DNA of 64,000 nt, from the NCBI GenBank assembly GCA_015680685.1, contig MNCI01002118.1:533042-597041 (forward strand), written 5' to 3'. This DNA comes from Gnetum montanum (taxonomy: Eukaryota > Plantae > Gnetophyta). Below, in pieces: positions 48,356 through 62,378 of this stretch (its first letter is position 1; every line of letters begins with the position of its first letter). A program made the position numbers and the translations under genes. The notes below the pieces were generated by a model. It was not told the DNA's origin, made no database searches, and worked only from the letters and a program-made list of their open reading frames with translations.

Positions 48356-51162
48356 ATTGTAAAGTTGTCCAAGATCTAAAAGTAAATAAATCATTAATTG
48401 CAAATGCATATTTAAAATGAAATTTAATAAGAAAGTAGAGTTTACTATACACAAAGCAAGACTTATTGTTAGAGGCTTCAAACAAAAGCAACATATCAAT
48501 TATGAGGACATTTTAACACTAGTTGCTAGATTTGAAATAATCAAATTAATAACATTATTAGTAGCTTAGAGATATTTGAAACTACAATAAATGGATGTCA
48601 ATTCAAAATGTTTGAATAAAAATCTAGCAGAAGACATTTATGTCTATCTTCCTAAAGGTTTCATCAAATATGGAAAAAAATATAAGATATGTGATGAATA
48701 GTCCTTTTTAGGATTGAGTCAATGCATTTGCATTAACATAGCCTTTGATGCATAAATGCAACTATGTTGATGCAGTGGTCATAAATGTCTATACCTACAA
48801 GTCCATATACTACATTAATAATACCCATTTTATTAATTGTAGCAAAGCTCTATTAGTGTATTTTCATAGGAGTTGGTATCAATCAGTGAGTACCTACAGT
48901 GTGAACTTGAACTGATTAAACAAAGTCTTATTTAAGTGATATTATACTTGGAAACAATTCATGATGGTGATAAGAATGAAATTAATTCACCTTCATTATA
49001 GCACTCTCACTTAGTTTAATATTTTCTCATCTGTAGTTTATTTTTCTTATTATTTACTTTCATGTACTTAGTTAATATTTTACTTCCAAAATGTAATTAA
49101 ATATAGTAAAATAATTATGATTAATTTCAAACATGAACACATCATCATTTGGTAATTCTAGTAGTTTTTGCCACTTGGTATGCCCAATAGTAAAGACTTA
49201 GTAATCTAGTGATGATATTGTGAGTTCAGAATGTGTACAACAAACTAGGACCACATGCTCATCACTAAGGCTAGTATATGATTTACATTTTGCTTTTAGT
49301 TTAATTGGATTAATTTATAATATTTTAATACTATTTTATCATGAACGCACAACATCAAACATTGTATGCCTTAGTTACACTTAACTATACAAATTAACAA
49401 CTAGCACAAATATAGTTCGGAAGAACATAATTTGCAATCAACATTTAACAATAGATAAGCATTGTTGGTTCAATTTGAAAAATTACAATCACGTCATGCA
49501 TAACACTTCTAGTTTTTATAGTTAGATGTACTAACTACATTACTCATCATTAGCATCATTGTTGAGAACTAGTGCTAGTGTGCAAGATTGCTAGCATTAT
49601 AAACAATTGATGTTAAAAACTTAAATATTTATATTTTCAAAAATATTACTATTTTATTAAGTCACATATACTAGTAACAAATGTCTACTTCCCACATAAT
49701 CGATTCTCTACCTACTAATAATTCCACAAGAGGAACATATATAATCAAATATAACAGTGATGATGTATCCAAATAGGTTAAAATTATTTACCAACATCTC
49801 AATCATTATTATCTAGATGTCACCTTCATCATTCTTCAAGATAAAAAAATAAGATGGAAGAACCTAGGAGCTAACATTATATTACCACCTAATTATGCAG
49901 CTCCATTAATTCTTACGACAATATTGATGAGACCTGGACTGGAAGTTGGTGTAGGTGACTATAAGACAACAAATAAAATGTTTGAGTACTAATATCTCAC
50001 AAATACCTAACTCTAAAAAGACCATTCTATCAATGCATGTCATGAGATAGTTAAGGACAAAGGAGCTACCATCCCATTAATATTATAGTCTAAAAAAGGA
50101 ATATAAATTACCATTCAAGGAGATCCCAATGCTAAACTCCTTTCTTCTTCAATAAAAATGAAACAATTAACTTGTGGCTACCAAGGAAATGGGAGAATGA
50201 GACCCACTACCAAGAGGACATTTAAGTTTAGGTCTTTTAATAGGTCATCAAGAGATAACCAAAGAGTTCATGGAAGAAGAGGAAGCTTGCATGGCTTTCC
50301 CAATTCTCCATCTTCTTCTTCATGGAAGGAGAGTAAGCTTGCAAGGTTGCTAACTCAAATTCAACAAATGATGATGGATCTGACTTATGCCAGTATGAGC
50401 ATCTTCAAGAATACTACCCAATGATATCAAAATTACAATAGTCAAGGATGTATGCTTTGAGCCCAAAGTTTATAAAAAATAAGATGTCGAGGAGATTATC
50501 TTATTAGTAAAGTAATTACAAATAATTTTGCAGTCAACAATACTATCCAAGTGGTACTTCTCTTCAACTCTAAGAATAATATTATTAGTAGTGGAAAAAC
50601 TCATAGTTGTGGGGATGACACCATCTAGGCAATAATATGCTTATAAATAATCACATCCATATAAATATTATGTCTAAAAACCTATCTCTCTTAGTGGGGT
50701 AATTACTAAAACCCATTCCTGGTGCGTGACGTTTCTCTGCTACTGGCCACGGGTGGCATTCGGTCTTTGGCACTCGTTGCGGCGACGGTGCTCACCACGA
50801 CGATCTTTCCTCGGGCGGCATCTCCTCTGACCACTGCCGTGGCCGCGGGCATACCACCTCTGCAAATCTCAGATCTGCAGGCTGTGATCCCAGATCTGCT
50901 CACCGGGGTTCCAGACCTTCCGACAGTGGTTCCAGATCTGCGTCACCCTCGCCTGCACAAAACTCACGCCCTCCTCGATCGCCGCCTCCAGTCTCACGCC
51001 CTGCTTCCGTTGCTGCTGCTGCCGCCTCCGTCGCTTGCACAGATTCGCGTTGTTTTTTTTAGAAAACCCTGTTTTTTTAGAATTCCCTGAGGTGGTTTGG
51101 CTTCAACGGGTTCACCGTTGGGCTGCGCTGTGGGTAGAGAAGATCTCTGCTACAGTGTAGGC

Positions 51163-52269
51163 ATGGATGCATCTCACGGCCCGTCTGGTTCTTCTCAGCA
51201 GGGAAGTTCCCCCAACTCCACTAATGTTGATTTTTTTATTCCAGAAGATCTTTTTGATAATGTAGCTGAAGATTTTGCATCTCGGTTCATTTTTATTCAA
51301 ATTATGGGTTTTATTCCCCGATCAGTAAATCTCAATTTGTACATCAAATCTATTTTCCAATCTCACGGCATAACCGTTTCCTATGCCCGATATTATGCCC
51401 GAAACTTTGTGCTCGCAGAACTCTCTGATGCTTCTCATGTCAAGAAAGCCCTTTCAGCCTATTTTTTCCCAGCACGAAATGCCACCCTGGTCGTTCGTCC
51501 ATGGAAATTTGACTTTGATGTCACTGACCCAGCCTATAAAACTATCCCATGTTATGTGGAGTTACCTAATCTTCCTCTTATTTTTTCCACCTTTGAGAGA
51601 GACATTGTCAGTACCCTAGGTCACATTATCTCTGATCACGGAGTAGAGGTTAATGGATTTCAGTTTCGTCGCTATTGTATAGAACTAGATATCTCTCACA
51701 AGAAAACCTCTCTTACATTAGCAGCTAGAGGAAAATTGTTCATACAAAAAGTTGATTATTTTTACCTTCCAAACTCCTATAGCTACTATCATCGAGCTAA
51801 TCACCACATCTCGGCCTGCCCTTCCTTAGCTAGGAAGAAAAAAGCAAACAACCCTTCACAACACCGTTCTCCCCCTATAGATGAAACTCAAGTCCCACCG
51901 AAAACATTTAAATTTGCAGCCACTCCCCACAAGACCTCTAATGTTCTCTCCAAACCTAAATCCTCTACCACCCAGGTCCCTCATTCTAGCCCCTCGATAA
52001 AGATCACTTCGCACGCTAAAGTCACCCAGTCTAAATCTTTCAAGGACTCTCTTTTAACTACTGAGGGAGGGAATGAAGGGGGCAAGAAAAGAGCTAAACC
52101 ATCCTCCTTTTCTGACCCACCATTATCTCCCTCCCATATAGCCTCTTCTATAATTCCAGTTAATACAAACGCCCCCTTAGTTGTCCTCTCCAACATAATG
52201 GAAGAGGACACATCAACCCTCCAATCCTCTGAAGTTCTTTCCTTACCTGCATCTTCTACCTCCTCATGA
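51163..52269 (+). CDS. L1 ORF1p (DUF4283-like domain, mutated zinc knuckle, S/P/K-rich tail)
   Basis: First ATG at 51163; LVVRPW..F, CYVELPNLPL, RYCIELD, QKVDY; knuckle reads YSYYHRANHHISAC. Confidence 0.85.
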   Translation: MDASHGPSGSSQQGSSPNSTNVDFFIPEDLFDNVAEDFASRFIFIQIMGFIPRSVNLNLYIKSIFQSHGITVSYARYYARNFVLAELSDASHVKKALSAYFFPARNATLVVRPWKFDFDVTDPAYKTIPCYVELPNLPLIFSTFERDIVSTLGHIISDHGVEVNGFQFRRYCIELDISHKKTSLTLAARGKLFIQKVDYFYLPNSYSYYHRANHHISACPSLARKKKANNPSQHRSPPIDETQVPPKTFKFAATPHKTSNVLSKPKSSTTQVPHSSPSIKITSHAKVTQSKSFKDSLLTTEGGNEGGKKRAKPSSFSDPPLSPSHIASSIIPVNTNAPLVVLSNIMEEDTSTLQSSEVLSLPASSTSS

Positions 52270-55200
52270 ATTTAGTATCTTGGAATGTTCGCGGCCTTAC
52301 AAATAGGCTTCGAGGTAAAAGGGCTAGCAATTTTCTCTCTAGTCTGAATACCACCTTTGATTTCATCCTTCTTCAGGAAATTAAAATTTCAACTTCTGAC
52401 TTAGAGTTTTCAGCTCATAGGTTCCTTCCCCACTCCTCAGTCATAGCTACCTCCCACGAGTATGGAAAAGGTGGAGCCGCTATTCTCATTTCAGCCCATT
52501 GGAAAGACAAACTCATCCGTTCTGGTTCCGATTCAAGCCAAAGAGTTTCTTGGGCTATCTTCTCCTCCTCCAAAGGACCCTTTGGGGTTTGCTCTGTTTA
52601 TGCTCCAAATGACTCCATCAAACGGGCTAACTTATGGCAGGAACTAACCTTTTCTCTTCCTTCCGTCCCTTGGATTTTTGGTAGAGATTTTAATATGATT
52701 GAATTTCCTCACGATAAACTTGGGGGAGTTCCTTTTCGACTTCCTCCTCATGAAATTCAACCTTGGTCTGACTTTAAAAAACAATTTTATCTCCTTGATG
52801 GAGTCACGGATAACTCTAGCAGATCTCTCCATAGATTTACTTGGAGTAACCTTCGTCTAGGTCAGGCTCGAATATATAGTCGGCTAGATCGATTTTACTT
52901 CTCTACACTATCCTTTTGGTAGGAAATCTCCACCACTACGGTTCACCAACATGCTACGTTATCTGACCATTATCCCATCGTCATTTCCATGCAAATCTCT
53001 GGTACTTCTCATAGGACCAGATTCCACCTCTTCCGCCTACACTCTAATTTATTCTCGTCTCCCTCGTCTCAACATCTTCTCTCTAATCTTTGGAACGCCG
53101 AACCTAGGCCCATTGGCCAGGTGGGTTGGATCCAATGGTGGCTGCGAACTACTAGTAGGGTGAGGAACTTTGCTCGAAAGTTCGGCAAGGAAGTGGCCTC
53201 TCGTTCTAGACAAGAGTACAACAACATTTGTTCAACTATTAATAATCTTACGGAAAGATTATCCATAGAACCCTTTAACACCCACATTCACGAAGAACTT
53301 GCTAAAGTTCGCTCCACTTTCCAATGCTGGGAAGTCCACAAGGCCCACAGTGCCTTAATCAAAAGTAGACTTACTTGGTTGAAGATTCAAGATGAGCAAT
53401 GTAAGGAATTTTTTAAATATCTCAACAGCTCTCCTTCCAGTCCATCCCCAGATACTCTCTCTAGGGATGGTGTTATTATCAATGATCATGAGAGTATCCT
53501 CTCTTACCTTAAGGAGCACTTTGAAGCCTTGTTTATAGCTTCCCCTATGAATCTCTCATCATTTGAGGACACTACGCGTAACTATCCTAGGTTAGTTGAC
53601 TCATCCATGTCTCACATCCTCGACGCTAATATCACTCAAGAAGAGCTTCAACACGCTTGTTTCAAACTTAGTTCTGGGAAAGCTCCTGGATATGATGGTT
53701 TCCCTGTTGAGTTTTTTCAAAGGCATTGGAATCTAGTTGGCCATGACCTTTTCCAAGTAATTAAAGAGGCTATCCATCTTGGTTCTCTAGGACCAAATTT
53801 AAATCTTGGGATTATTCGCCTCCTTCCCAAATCAGGAGACCCTACTAGTATAGCTAATTGGCGACCCATTACTCTTCTTAATGTGGTATACAAAATTTGG
53901 GCCAAATGCTTAGCTTTACGTTTGAAAAAATTCCTTCATAAAATTATATCCCCTCAACAAACCGGATTTGTCCCAGGGCGTTATATCTTAGATAATGTTG
54001 TGGCTGCTTGGGAAGGTTTGCAGTGGGCTGAGGATGATGGCCAAGACATCCTTTTGATGAAATTGGACTATGCTAAGGCCTATGACAACATTAAGTGGGA
54101 CTTCATCCTTCAAACTATGTCAAAACTCGGTTTTGGCTCCAAGTATCTTCATATGGTGAAATGTCTCTTCTCAAATGCTAATGCGAGAATAGCCACCACC
54201 TTTGGCATCACCGCCCCCTTTGTAATTCATAGATCAGTAAGACAAGGTTGTCCTCCTGCCCCTTATCTCTTTATAATTGCTGCGGATTTCCTTTGCCATC
54301 AAATTAACCACGATATTCACTCAGGTATGCTATATGGCATGCACTTTTCCTCTCCTCAACATCAACTGCTTAATATGCATTTTGCTGATGACTCTTTTTT
54401 TCTAATCCAAAATACAACCGATAACGTTAAACGTCTTTTAGCCCAAGTAGAGCAATATTGTTCTCTCTCTGGTTCTACCATTAATTGGTCTAAATCTTCT
54501 GTATATAGTTTTCATAACAATTATAGTAAACTCCCCACCTATCCATGGAAATTAATCCAAGACCATGAGATCATGAAGCTCTTGGGAATCCCTTTTCGAT
54601 TTCGTGGTCCTACTTCTACATTGTGGGAGCTAGTTATCTCTCGTATTCGTAAGAAAACTAAAAAGTGGAAGACTAAGCCCCTTACCTTGGCAGGAAAATA
54701 TCTTGTTTGTAAATCCATTTGTGCTTCTACCCATGTATATTATTCCTCATGCTGGGCTCCTTCCCACACAGCCTATCAAAACTTGGAGCGATTATTTCGA
54801 GACTTCATGTGGTCATCTAAAGATTCCCAGCGTGGTTTTCATCGTGTTGCATGGAACATTGTCACTCTTCCTAGAAACAAAGGAGGATTAGGACTGTTGA
54901 ATTCATACAAACAGGGACTCACCTTAGTAGCTAAGTGGCTTGTGCAACATCTGGACACCTCTGACATAATTGGAAATCTTCTCCAGCTAAGGCTTCATCA
55001 AAGTTTTCCTAAACATAAGCCTTTTTGGAAAACCATCCATCCTATTAATTGGATTTTCTCTCCTCATTCTATCTCCATTCCTGGTTCCCATGTATTCAAA
55101 AGCATATGGAAGGCTTGGCAAGTTCTCCACCATCATATTAATTGGTCTAATATCCCTCTTAACCCTACCCTCCTCCCCATGCTTTGCCCTTGGTGGTTAC

Positions 55201-56132
55201 CCTTGACCCCTGCCCCTCTTGCCATTACTAACGCAAGATTAGCCATTATTTGGTACTGGAAGGGAGTGATTTCCCTCAATTGTCTTCGCCTTGCTAATCA
55301 ATGGATTTCTTGGGAAGCGTTCGAAAACCTATATGGCGCTTCGAAAGCAATGAGGCTTTGCTTTCACCAATTAGATACATTTCTTCATCAATCTTTACAC
55401 CTTGATGGTGCTATCCAAGGTCTATTTCATGGCCTCTATTGGTCTAATGGGTCAAAAATTTTTCCTTATCGGCCACATGTTCCCTTCCAATTGTTACACG
55501 ATTCTTCCGAAGTCATTCTACGTTGTAATCGATCTTGGAATAAACAAGAAACTGAGGATTTTTGGATCTCTCTTTTCAACCAAATTTGGCATCTCCCGAC
55601 TCTTCCAAAAATTCAACAATTCCTTTGGTGTTTTCTTCATCAAGGTCTCCCAATCGGGAAACGTTTAGCATATCTTGGGATTCACTCCCCTAAGTGCCCT
55701 TTATGTAATGACCCTGAAACCTTTGTCCACGTTTTTTGGCTTTGCCCATTTGCTCAGCATGCATGGGAATGGGCCTCTAAGGTTTTTCCCTCATGCACTC
55801 TTACACAAGAGGCTGTAATGTTTGGTTTCTTACCTATCAGGTCCAAAAACTCTCATTTCCTATGGAAGATCCTTAGGCCCATCATCTTATATAATATTTG
55901 GAAACGTAGATGTACCATAGATTTTCAAACGACAATTATTTCAAACCCCTTACAGCTAACTACCTCGGAAAAAATGCAAATTTTACGGCATGTTCACTTC
56001 CAAATTATATCTCAAGCCCCAAAATTCAAGATGAATGCTAATCAGTTGTTTCTCTTATTGCAGCCATGGAGTCATATCGGAGATCAAAATAATCACCATC
56101 ATCAGGCCTCGCTTCCGAAGAAAGTCTCCTAA
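52266..56132 (+). pseudogene. L1 ORF2p (APE endonuclease, RT, zf-RVT) with one in-frame TAG at 52920-52922
   Basis: ORFs 52266 and 52989 share a frame; SWNVRGL, LLQE, SVYAPN, DFN, FTWSN, SRLDRF, SDH; KAPGYDG, NWRPITLLN, QTGFVPGR, KLDYAKAYD, VRQGCP, FADD; CPLC..ETFVHVFWLC. Confidence 0.95.
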
Positions 56133-58180
56133 TTAAGCCACAGTTCTCTACACTAGTTGGTATTTTCCTCTTTCTTCCACCTTTGTTCTCTTCCGACATT
56201 CCACATCCAGGAAAAGTTACACACATTTCAGCGAATGGTTGTCCTCAAGATTGCATTTACATTCCCTGTGGAATGCTAAGTTTAGCATGTTTTCTCTTTA
56301 ATAGTCTCAGTCAACATGGTTTCTCTTCCTCATTTCCTCACTCTGTATGTCNCACATCCATATAAATATTATGTCTAAAAACCTATCTCTCTTAGTGGGG
56401 TAATTACTAAAACCCATTCCTCATACTTCTATTATTTGCTAGAGTACCATAGGTCTTCCACTCCTAGAGTTGAATCATACTATTATCCTTCTCATCCACC
56501 TTCCATGCATCTTCAATAATCACATACTCCTCTTCCTATAATGTCATATCCACAAATGCAAGGTGAGATACCTCCACTGCCACATCAGAAGAATGCTACA
56601 ATAGTTGTGAATATGTAGATGGATGATAGTTCAAGTGGTTTTAAGTGAAAACCTCAAAATTATCCCTTCTTTAGACTTGTTAGTCCACCTAAACCAATGC
56701 AAGCATTAGTGATTATGGATCCCACTTCAAACCCAACATCATCTAATCCCTCAACTAAGTTACCTTCAAATCAAAATACCTGTAAAGACTATGATGTTAA
56801 CCCATGCTATAAAATATTGGATAAAAGCATATGCTCTTTTAAAGAAATGAACAAATCTTGGGATTCCCTTAATTTACTTACAAATTACATGTAATGCATC
56901 CTGCGAAGCTTTTTTAAACTCAAAATTTGAAGTTAAGTAAATTTCTTGTGAAATGTATAAGACATGAAACTTCTCACTACTCAAGAAACGTAACATTAGG
57001 TTGAAGCGTACTAATTAGTCCATCACTATTTCATTAGGATAAGTAGAGGATGGTGTGAGCAATAATAATGGATGGTTATATCTTCTAGATTTTTTCATCA
57101 TTCATGTGGAGAACTATAAGGGAAAGTTTTTCATCATCTTGGGAATAGCTTAACTAAGCACAATTTATGTCAAATTTAAAATCAAAGATCTTTCCTTGAA
57201 AATTTCTAAGGAAAATTAATATGAAGTGCTCAAGAAATACAAAGTTCCATGTATCATGTACAATGATAGAATGTGGAACTAGATGAAAAAAGTATATACT
57301 ATCAAGTAGAAAGATAGCCAATCATTCAGCTCATGTAAAGATGAAGTGTGTGCGCAAATGTATGTGTATCTAGAAACCACCATATAGGCACCTAGTGGCC
57401 GATGGTAGAGGGAATTTATAGGTCATAAATTTGCATGGAACCATAAGAAGCACTCACCAACTCTTATGTAGACAAGATAGATGAGATGAAGGTAATTAGA
57501 CAATAACTCTCCCTAACAAGATCAATAGAAGAAGCAGATGATAATTGAGGAGAGTAGAAAATTCTAGAAGAAATTATGCCTAAACCAATTAAATTAGAGA
57601 AATTACTAGAGATGATTGAATATGTCTTTTTTGAAAATGGTAAATTGGTAATTAGCAATGTAGAACTAATAGAAGAGTAGAAGAAGAAGCTATTGGAAGT
57701 TGTCAACAAATCGTCAACAACCTTTATGTGGTCTTCTATAATAAAATCATTAGAATTAACGCACATATAAGGAAACATTTCATATACATAGATCCTTCAA
57801 TTAAGCCAAATACTAACCACATCACAAGCTAATTCCAAAGCTAAAGTAGGTAGTCAAATGAAAGATCGAAAATCTCCTAAAAGTTGAATTCATCTATTTT
57901 ATAACAAATAGTGAATGGATGAGCCCACTTGCAATCATGCTAAAGAAAGGAGATTAATGATGAATTTGCATTAACTTTAGGTTGTTGAATGTGACAATCT
58001 TCTAGGAGCACTTTCACTACTATTTGCTAAACAAGTATTCCATACTATCATAGACACAAATATTACAGCTTCTTGTATTATTATAGCGGTTATAATAAAA
58101 TCCAAATTGCACTTAAGGACTAAGACAAAATAATGTTCACAAGTCCTTAGGGGACATTTTTCCATAAGAAGATTTTGTTC

Positions 58181-59531
58181 TGTAACACCTCAACCTTAGA
58201 CACTCCATTCTCCTTTGTATCTTTATGATTTTAAGCATTAACTTGTTACTGGTGTGTCTATGACTTGTGTATTGTACCCCTTTTTTTTGTTTGCCTTCAC
58301 TTGTGCTATGGTTTGCTTCAACTATATATCTTGAAATTATCTTATTAGATATTTTTGATACTTTAGTGTACTTAACTTTATATTAGTTTAATACTTTTCA
58401 TTTTTTAAATTTTATTTTACTTAATTCATGACATGCACACTAACCCCTTTTTGGGGTTTTAAGTAAGTAGATATTAAGTGTTGGATAGATCATTGGCATA
58501 TGGGGTACTGCATTAAGCTTGTGGTATGCTTATTTGTTATGTGTTTGGATTGCCATTCTGTTTGTTTGAAAAAATAATTAATTAAATATTTTTTATAGTT
58601 TTTTATTTATTTTAGTATATGTATCTTTAATTGGCTTCCTTTGGTACCTTAGTTAATTATTTTAAAACCTTAGACCTTTAGTTAGGGGTACCTTAGTTAA
58701 TTATTTTAAAACCTTAGACCTTTAGTTAGGGATGGGGGTAGACATAGCTATTAGATGATCTGTATGGGAGGGGTAACTTCTAGGCTATTACTACGTATGT
58801 TTCCATGTTATAATATTATTTATACTAATTTTAGAAATTCTAAGTTAAGTATATTTTTCTTTAGTTTTAGTTTTTCCCCATAGAATTTCCCTTTTTCTTA
58901 ACCCTAGCATGTCCTTTTGAGTATAAATACTAGACAACCCTTTCATTTAAAATCATCCATTTGTATTTGCAATATCTAGAAGATAAAACCAAAGAGGGAG
59001 ATCCTACCAAATATAACAAAGGTTCGATCTAGATTACTATTATTAACTAGGATCTCTATAATTGCTTTCCATCAATTCATGTTTTAGATTTTGTTTAGAT
59101 CCCATTGTTGACCTTGGATCTTACCTAAGGTTTGAAGTTTGTTTTGAAGACTTCAACCATGTAAGAGTTTTTAGCTATAGTGTTTATCCAATGGGTAGGG
59201 AAAATGTATTACAATGCTTTACTTTTGGGTTTTTAAATATTTAGTTTCTACATATTTAATTTAGTTTGGTTTAGTTTGTTTAGAAATAATTTGACAAGAT
59301 TTTTTAGGACTTTTTTCTATCATATTTGATTTTTGGATGCATATTCTAAGATCTAATATTATAATATTATTTTTATTATGTACCAAATATTAGAAATCAA
59401 TTTTGTTTTTTTTTTAGATTTATTTTTATTTTCTTTTACTTCTAAGTTTTTGGACTATACAACTAGGGTGTTAGACTATAATTCGCATTTTTGAGGCTTA
59501 AGATAACTCTATATGACATTGGTATAAAAGA
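58181..59531 (+). mobile_element. About 1.3-kb LTR followed by a Met-type PBS
   Basis: tgtaacacc start; tatgaca end at 59518; tggtataaaag PBS-like; internal 44-bp tandem duplication at 58643-58731. Confidence 0.6.
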
Positions 59532-60244
59532 TAAGTTACATATTAGGTTAACATAGATTCCATGGTACCCTTTCTAGTGCATTACAACCTTATCACAAGG
59601 TTGCAATTTTACCATTAGATTTGAATAGCACATGTAGAATGGAGAATTGTGTAAAGCAATCCTAAGATTGTTGACTTCTGAAAATTACGTAAATGACTAA
59701 GAACATAGCTTTTAGGCTTCCTAAAGTGATTGAAACTCAAACAATAATTAATCATATCTTTAAGATTTTTGGATGTCAAAATCAATCTTAGGTTTTAATT
59801 TTTGATACTTGACTAGTTTTGTAATTTCAATAACCCACTTAGAAGCTTAGTTTTCAGTTTTACCAATTATTGTATTCCTATTAAGGAATATCCCTTTTTA
59901 TCATTAGATTCTATTTTGGTTTATAAAGCGATTCAGAAAAGTTTCCCACCATCCTAGCTTTTTATTTTGATGTATGTTTAGAAATAATATTTGTTGGTTA
60001 AATAACAGTATGTGGGTAACATTTCTTTGTAAGTATCAATACTAATATTTGTTGCTTTAATGACAATTTTATGAATTTATTGGTTTTATTTAGTATAGTG
60101 TAGGATTCTAGTGATGATAGTTGTGTGTGTGTTGAAATAAGGATTATATCAAAATTTAATTTTCTAGGTATCCATGAATACTTAGTGAGATGGCTATACA
60201 AGGGAATTATAGGCAAGAACCTGCTTTGGAAAGGATCCACTTGT

Positions 60245-61361
60245 ATAGCTATTAGGGATCTTGTCCAAGAACTAGATTCACACTTTCCAAATATTAGGGA
60301 TCTTCATGCACAATCATACATCCAAATATTTTCATTCATATTTCAATTTTATATTAAATTCTTCCAAAAAATCCCAATTTTTGATCCATTTTAAGCTTAA
60401 AATCCAATCAACCTTATCATTCCAAAGCTAATTTTTTGTACTCATGATCCTTACTCTAAGACTAACAATCTCTCCTATAGCTCAAGATCTAACCAAATTT
60501 GGCTCAAAAATATCTTCGAAATACTTCGAAAATTCAATTGGAAAAATTGTGCTTAGCATTTTTATTGATGCTACAACGTTGATACAAGAATGATGCTTTG
60601 TCATGAGAGCAATGCTTATGCCACATAAAAAGTCTAAAATATTGCACCATCATTAATCATTTTTCTCATGCTACATTAAAGAAGTAAGGAGATTCTTCTA
60701 GTTTTATGAGTCCTATGTCTTCTAAAAGCAAGATCTTGTGATCGAAACCATTGTTTAAACTAGTTCAAAAACCTGTGAGCTCATGTAGTTGAGCTCTATA
60801 TCATCGAGGTAGCTAGAATGTGATTTAAAAAATATTTTAATACCTAGTTTTTGAACCATTGAGGTAACTAATGATAAAAATAATTAACTTTAACTAATAA
60901 TTTGATGATTTAAGTATCCTAAGGCTTCTAAAATAATAAATTGTAATCACCTAAAGGCTTGAACAATCAATTTTTCTAACAATATGGCCAAAAATACAAA
61001 TGTTAATTAAAGACAAGGTGTTGTAATTAATTTTAGAAATTAATAAAGGATTTTTCAGTAATTGTAGATGATGTCCTAACATGTTCTTGAGCTAAATCTA
61101 GTTAGATCTTGAGCTATAGGGGAGATTGTTAGTCTTAGAATATGGATCATGAGTACTAAAAATTAGCTTTGGAATGATAAATTTGATTGGATTTGAAGCT
61201 TAAAATGGATCCAAAATTGGGATTTTTTGAAAGAATTTAATATAAAATTGAAATATAAATGATAAGATTTGGATGTATGATTGCGCATGAAGATTAAGTG
61301 GTAGCATCATGTTGTTTGGAAAGTGTGAAGTTGGTTCTTGGACAACATCCCTAATAGCTAT
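60245..61361. repeat. About 250-bp inverted repeat (60245-60493 and 61101-61361) around a roughly 610-bp spacer
   Basis: Arms align as reverse complements; each contains a copia-type PPT/LTR junction ggggagat-tgttag. Confidence 0.85.
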
Positions 61362-62378
61362 GCTTCTTGTATTTGGAGGCCTATTACAACCAAGGGAGAA
61401 GAGGTTGAGAGATCAACATAGATGATGATGTAGACAACAAGAAAAACAATTGCAAGAATTCCATGTAATGGGAATATTAAACAAAGAACAAGAGGTGAAT
61501 TCTATTAGAAAAATCTCCAATGTACACATAAGGCGATATATGTAAGGTGAGGTACCTCAACTATAGCCAAACCTTAAGATGAGTCTTACAAACACATGTT
61601 TGGTAAAAATCAAGGAAAATGAGATCTATTCATTAGTCTTAGTAGAACCTAACTTTGGGTTGTTCATGAAATTCGCATTCCAAAAATTGTGAGACTAATT
61701 GTAAGCCTTTACTCTTTGGCCAACCACCAGTAGAGATTGTATTTGGGTGAGACATATCTCTTTTAGAATAATCATTAGAATAATACAACTATAAAGATTA
61801 AAGACATCATACTCTTCTAATCCATCAATGTCATATTAGAGGCTCTTGGGCTTCCAAATGCTAGGACACAAGTTATTGAAGTGTCCACTAAGATTGATTC
61901 TAAGATTAAGAAAGGATAGGTGTAAAGAGCCTATAAAGTAGATAAGAAGAAATATGGTTCCTTATCAGAAGCAAAATGTATATTTCAAGGTCACCATGTA
62001 CCATAGGAATCTCATGGTATGGTCCAACAAGATCATATCTTTCTCTGTATGGGCATGTACAACCCTTAGTGGGTAGTTTCTAGTCAACTTACCTTAGCTA
62101 ATTCTTTTGGAAATCTAGAGAAGATTTATGAAAAATAAAGGATGCACGAAGATATTCCTCTTCCCATGCCTTATTAGAAAACTTTACAATATAGGAGTGA
62201 TCACCTACTATGTAAAGGACATGCTTTGAAGGACTCCAACAAGTTCATGGAATGAAATGATGAAGGAGAAGCTGATCCTTAGAATCCAAGAGAAAGTACC
62301 ACCACCATCAAACACTAAAGCAACTACAATAATAAATTTAATCACTGCAACTACCATTCCTACTACTATAATAATAAG

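Larger units (their letters stand above)
33800..48691 (+). mobile_element. Old Ty1/copia element hosting several nested insertions
   Basis: LTR end ctgaca at 34212 and Met PBS tggtatcaaagc 34216-34227; protease NWIINNGCSNHM near 44830; integrase remnants 46250-46950; RT QNNT*ELID near 47220 and HKARLIVRGFKQ...MDV near 48450-48600. Left boundary uncertain. Confidence 0.8.
50721..56351 (+). mobile_element. Near-intact L1-clade LINE (3' end lost at an assembly N)
   Basis: GC-rich 5' UTR, ORF1, ORF2 overlapping via ATGA; flank 50652-50720 repeated at 56353-56421. Confidence 0.95.
48692..58180 (+). mobile_element. Second, older Athila-type element (5' LTR, PBS, decayed gag/protease/RT), interrupted by the L1 and truncated
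   Basis: LTR 48692-49549 (tgatga...ctcatca), decayed Asp-type PBS; 56420-58170 is colinear with 37700-39400 of the intact Athila. Confidence 0.75.

Noticed and set aside
50722-51090. 122-aa ORF upstream of L1 ORF1
   Set aside because: GTG start, GC-rich repetitive 5' UTR, no recognisable domain
50652-56421. 69-bp target-site duplication of the L1 (and the 168-187 bp repeat around 9241-9662)
   Set aside because: Too long for typical L1 TSDs, no poly(A), and each begins exactly at an assembly N; better explained as contig overlap with the empty allele
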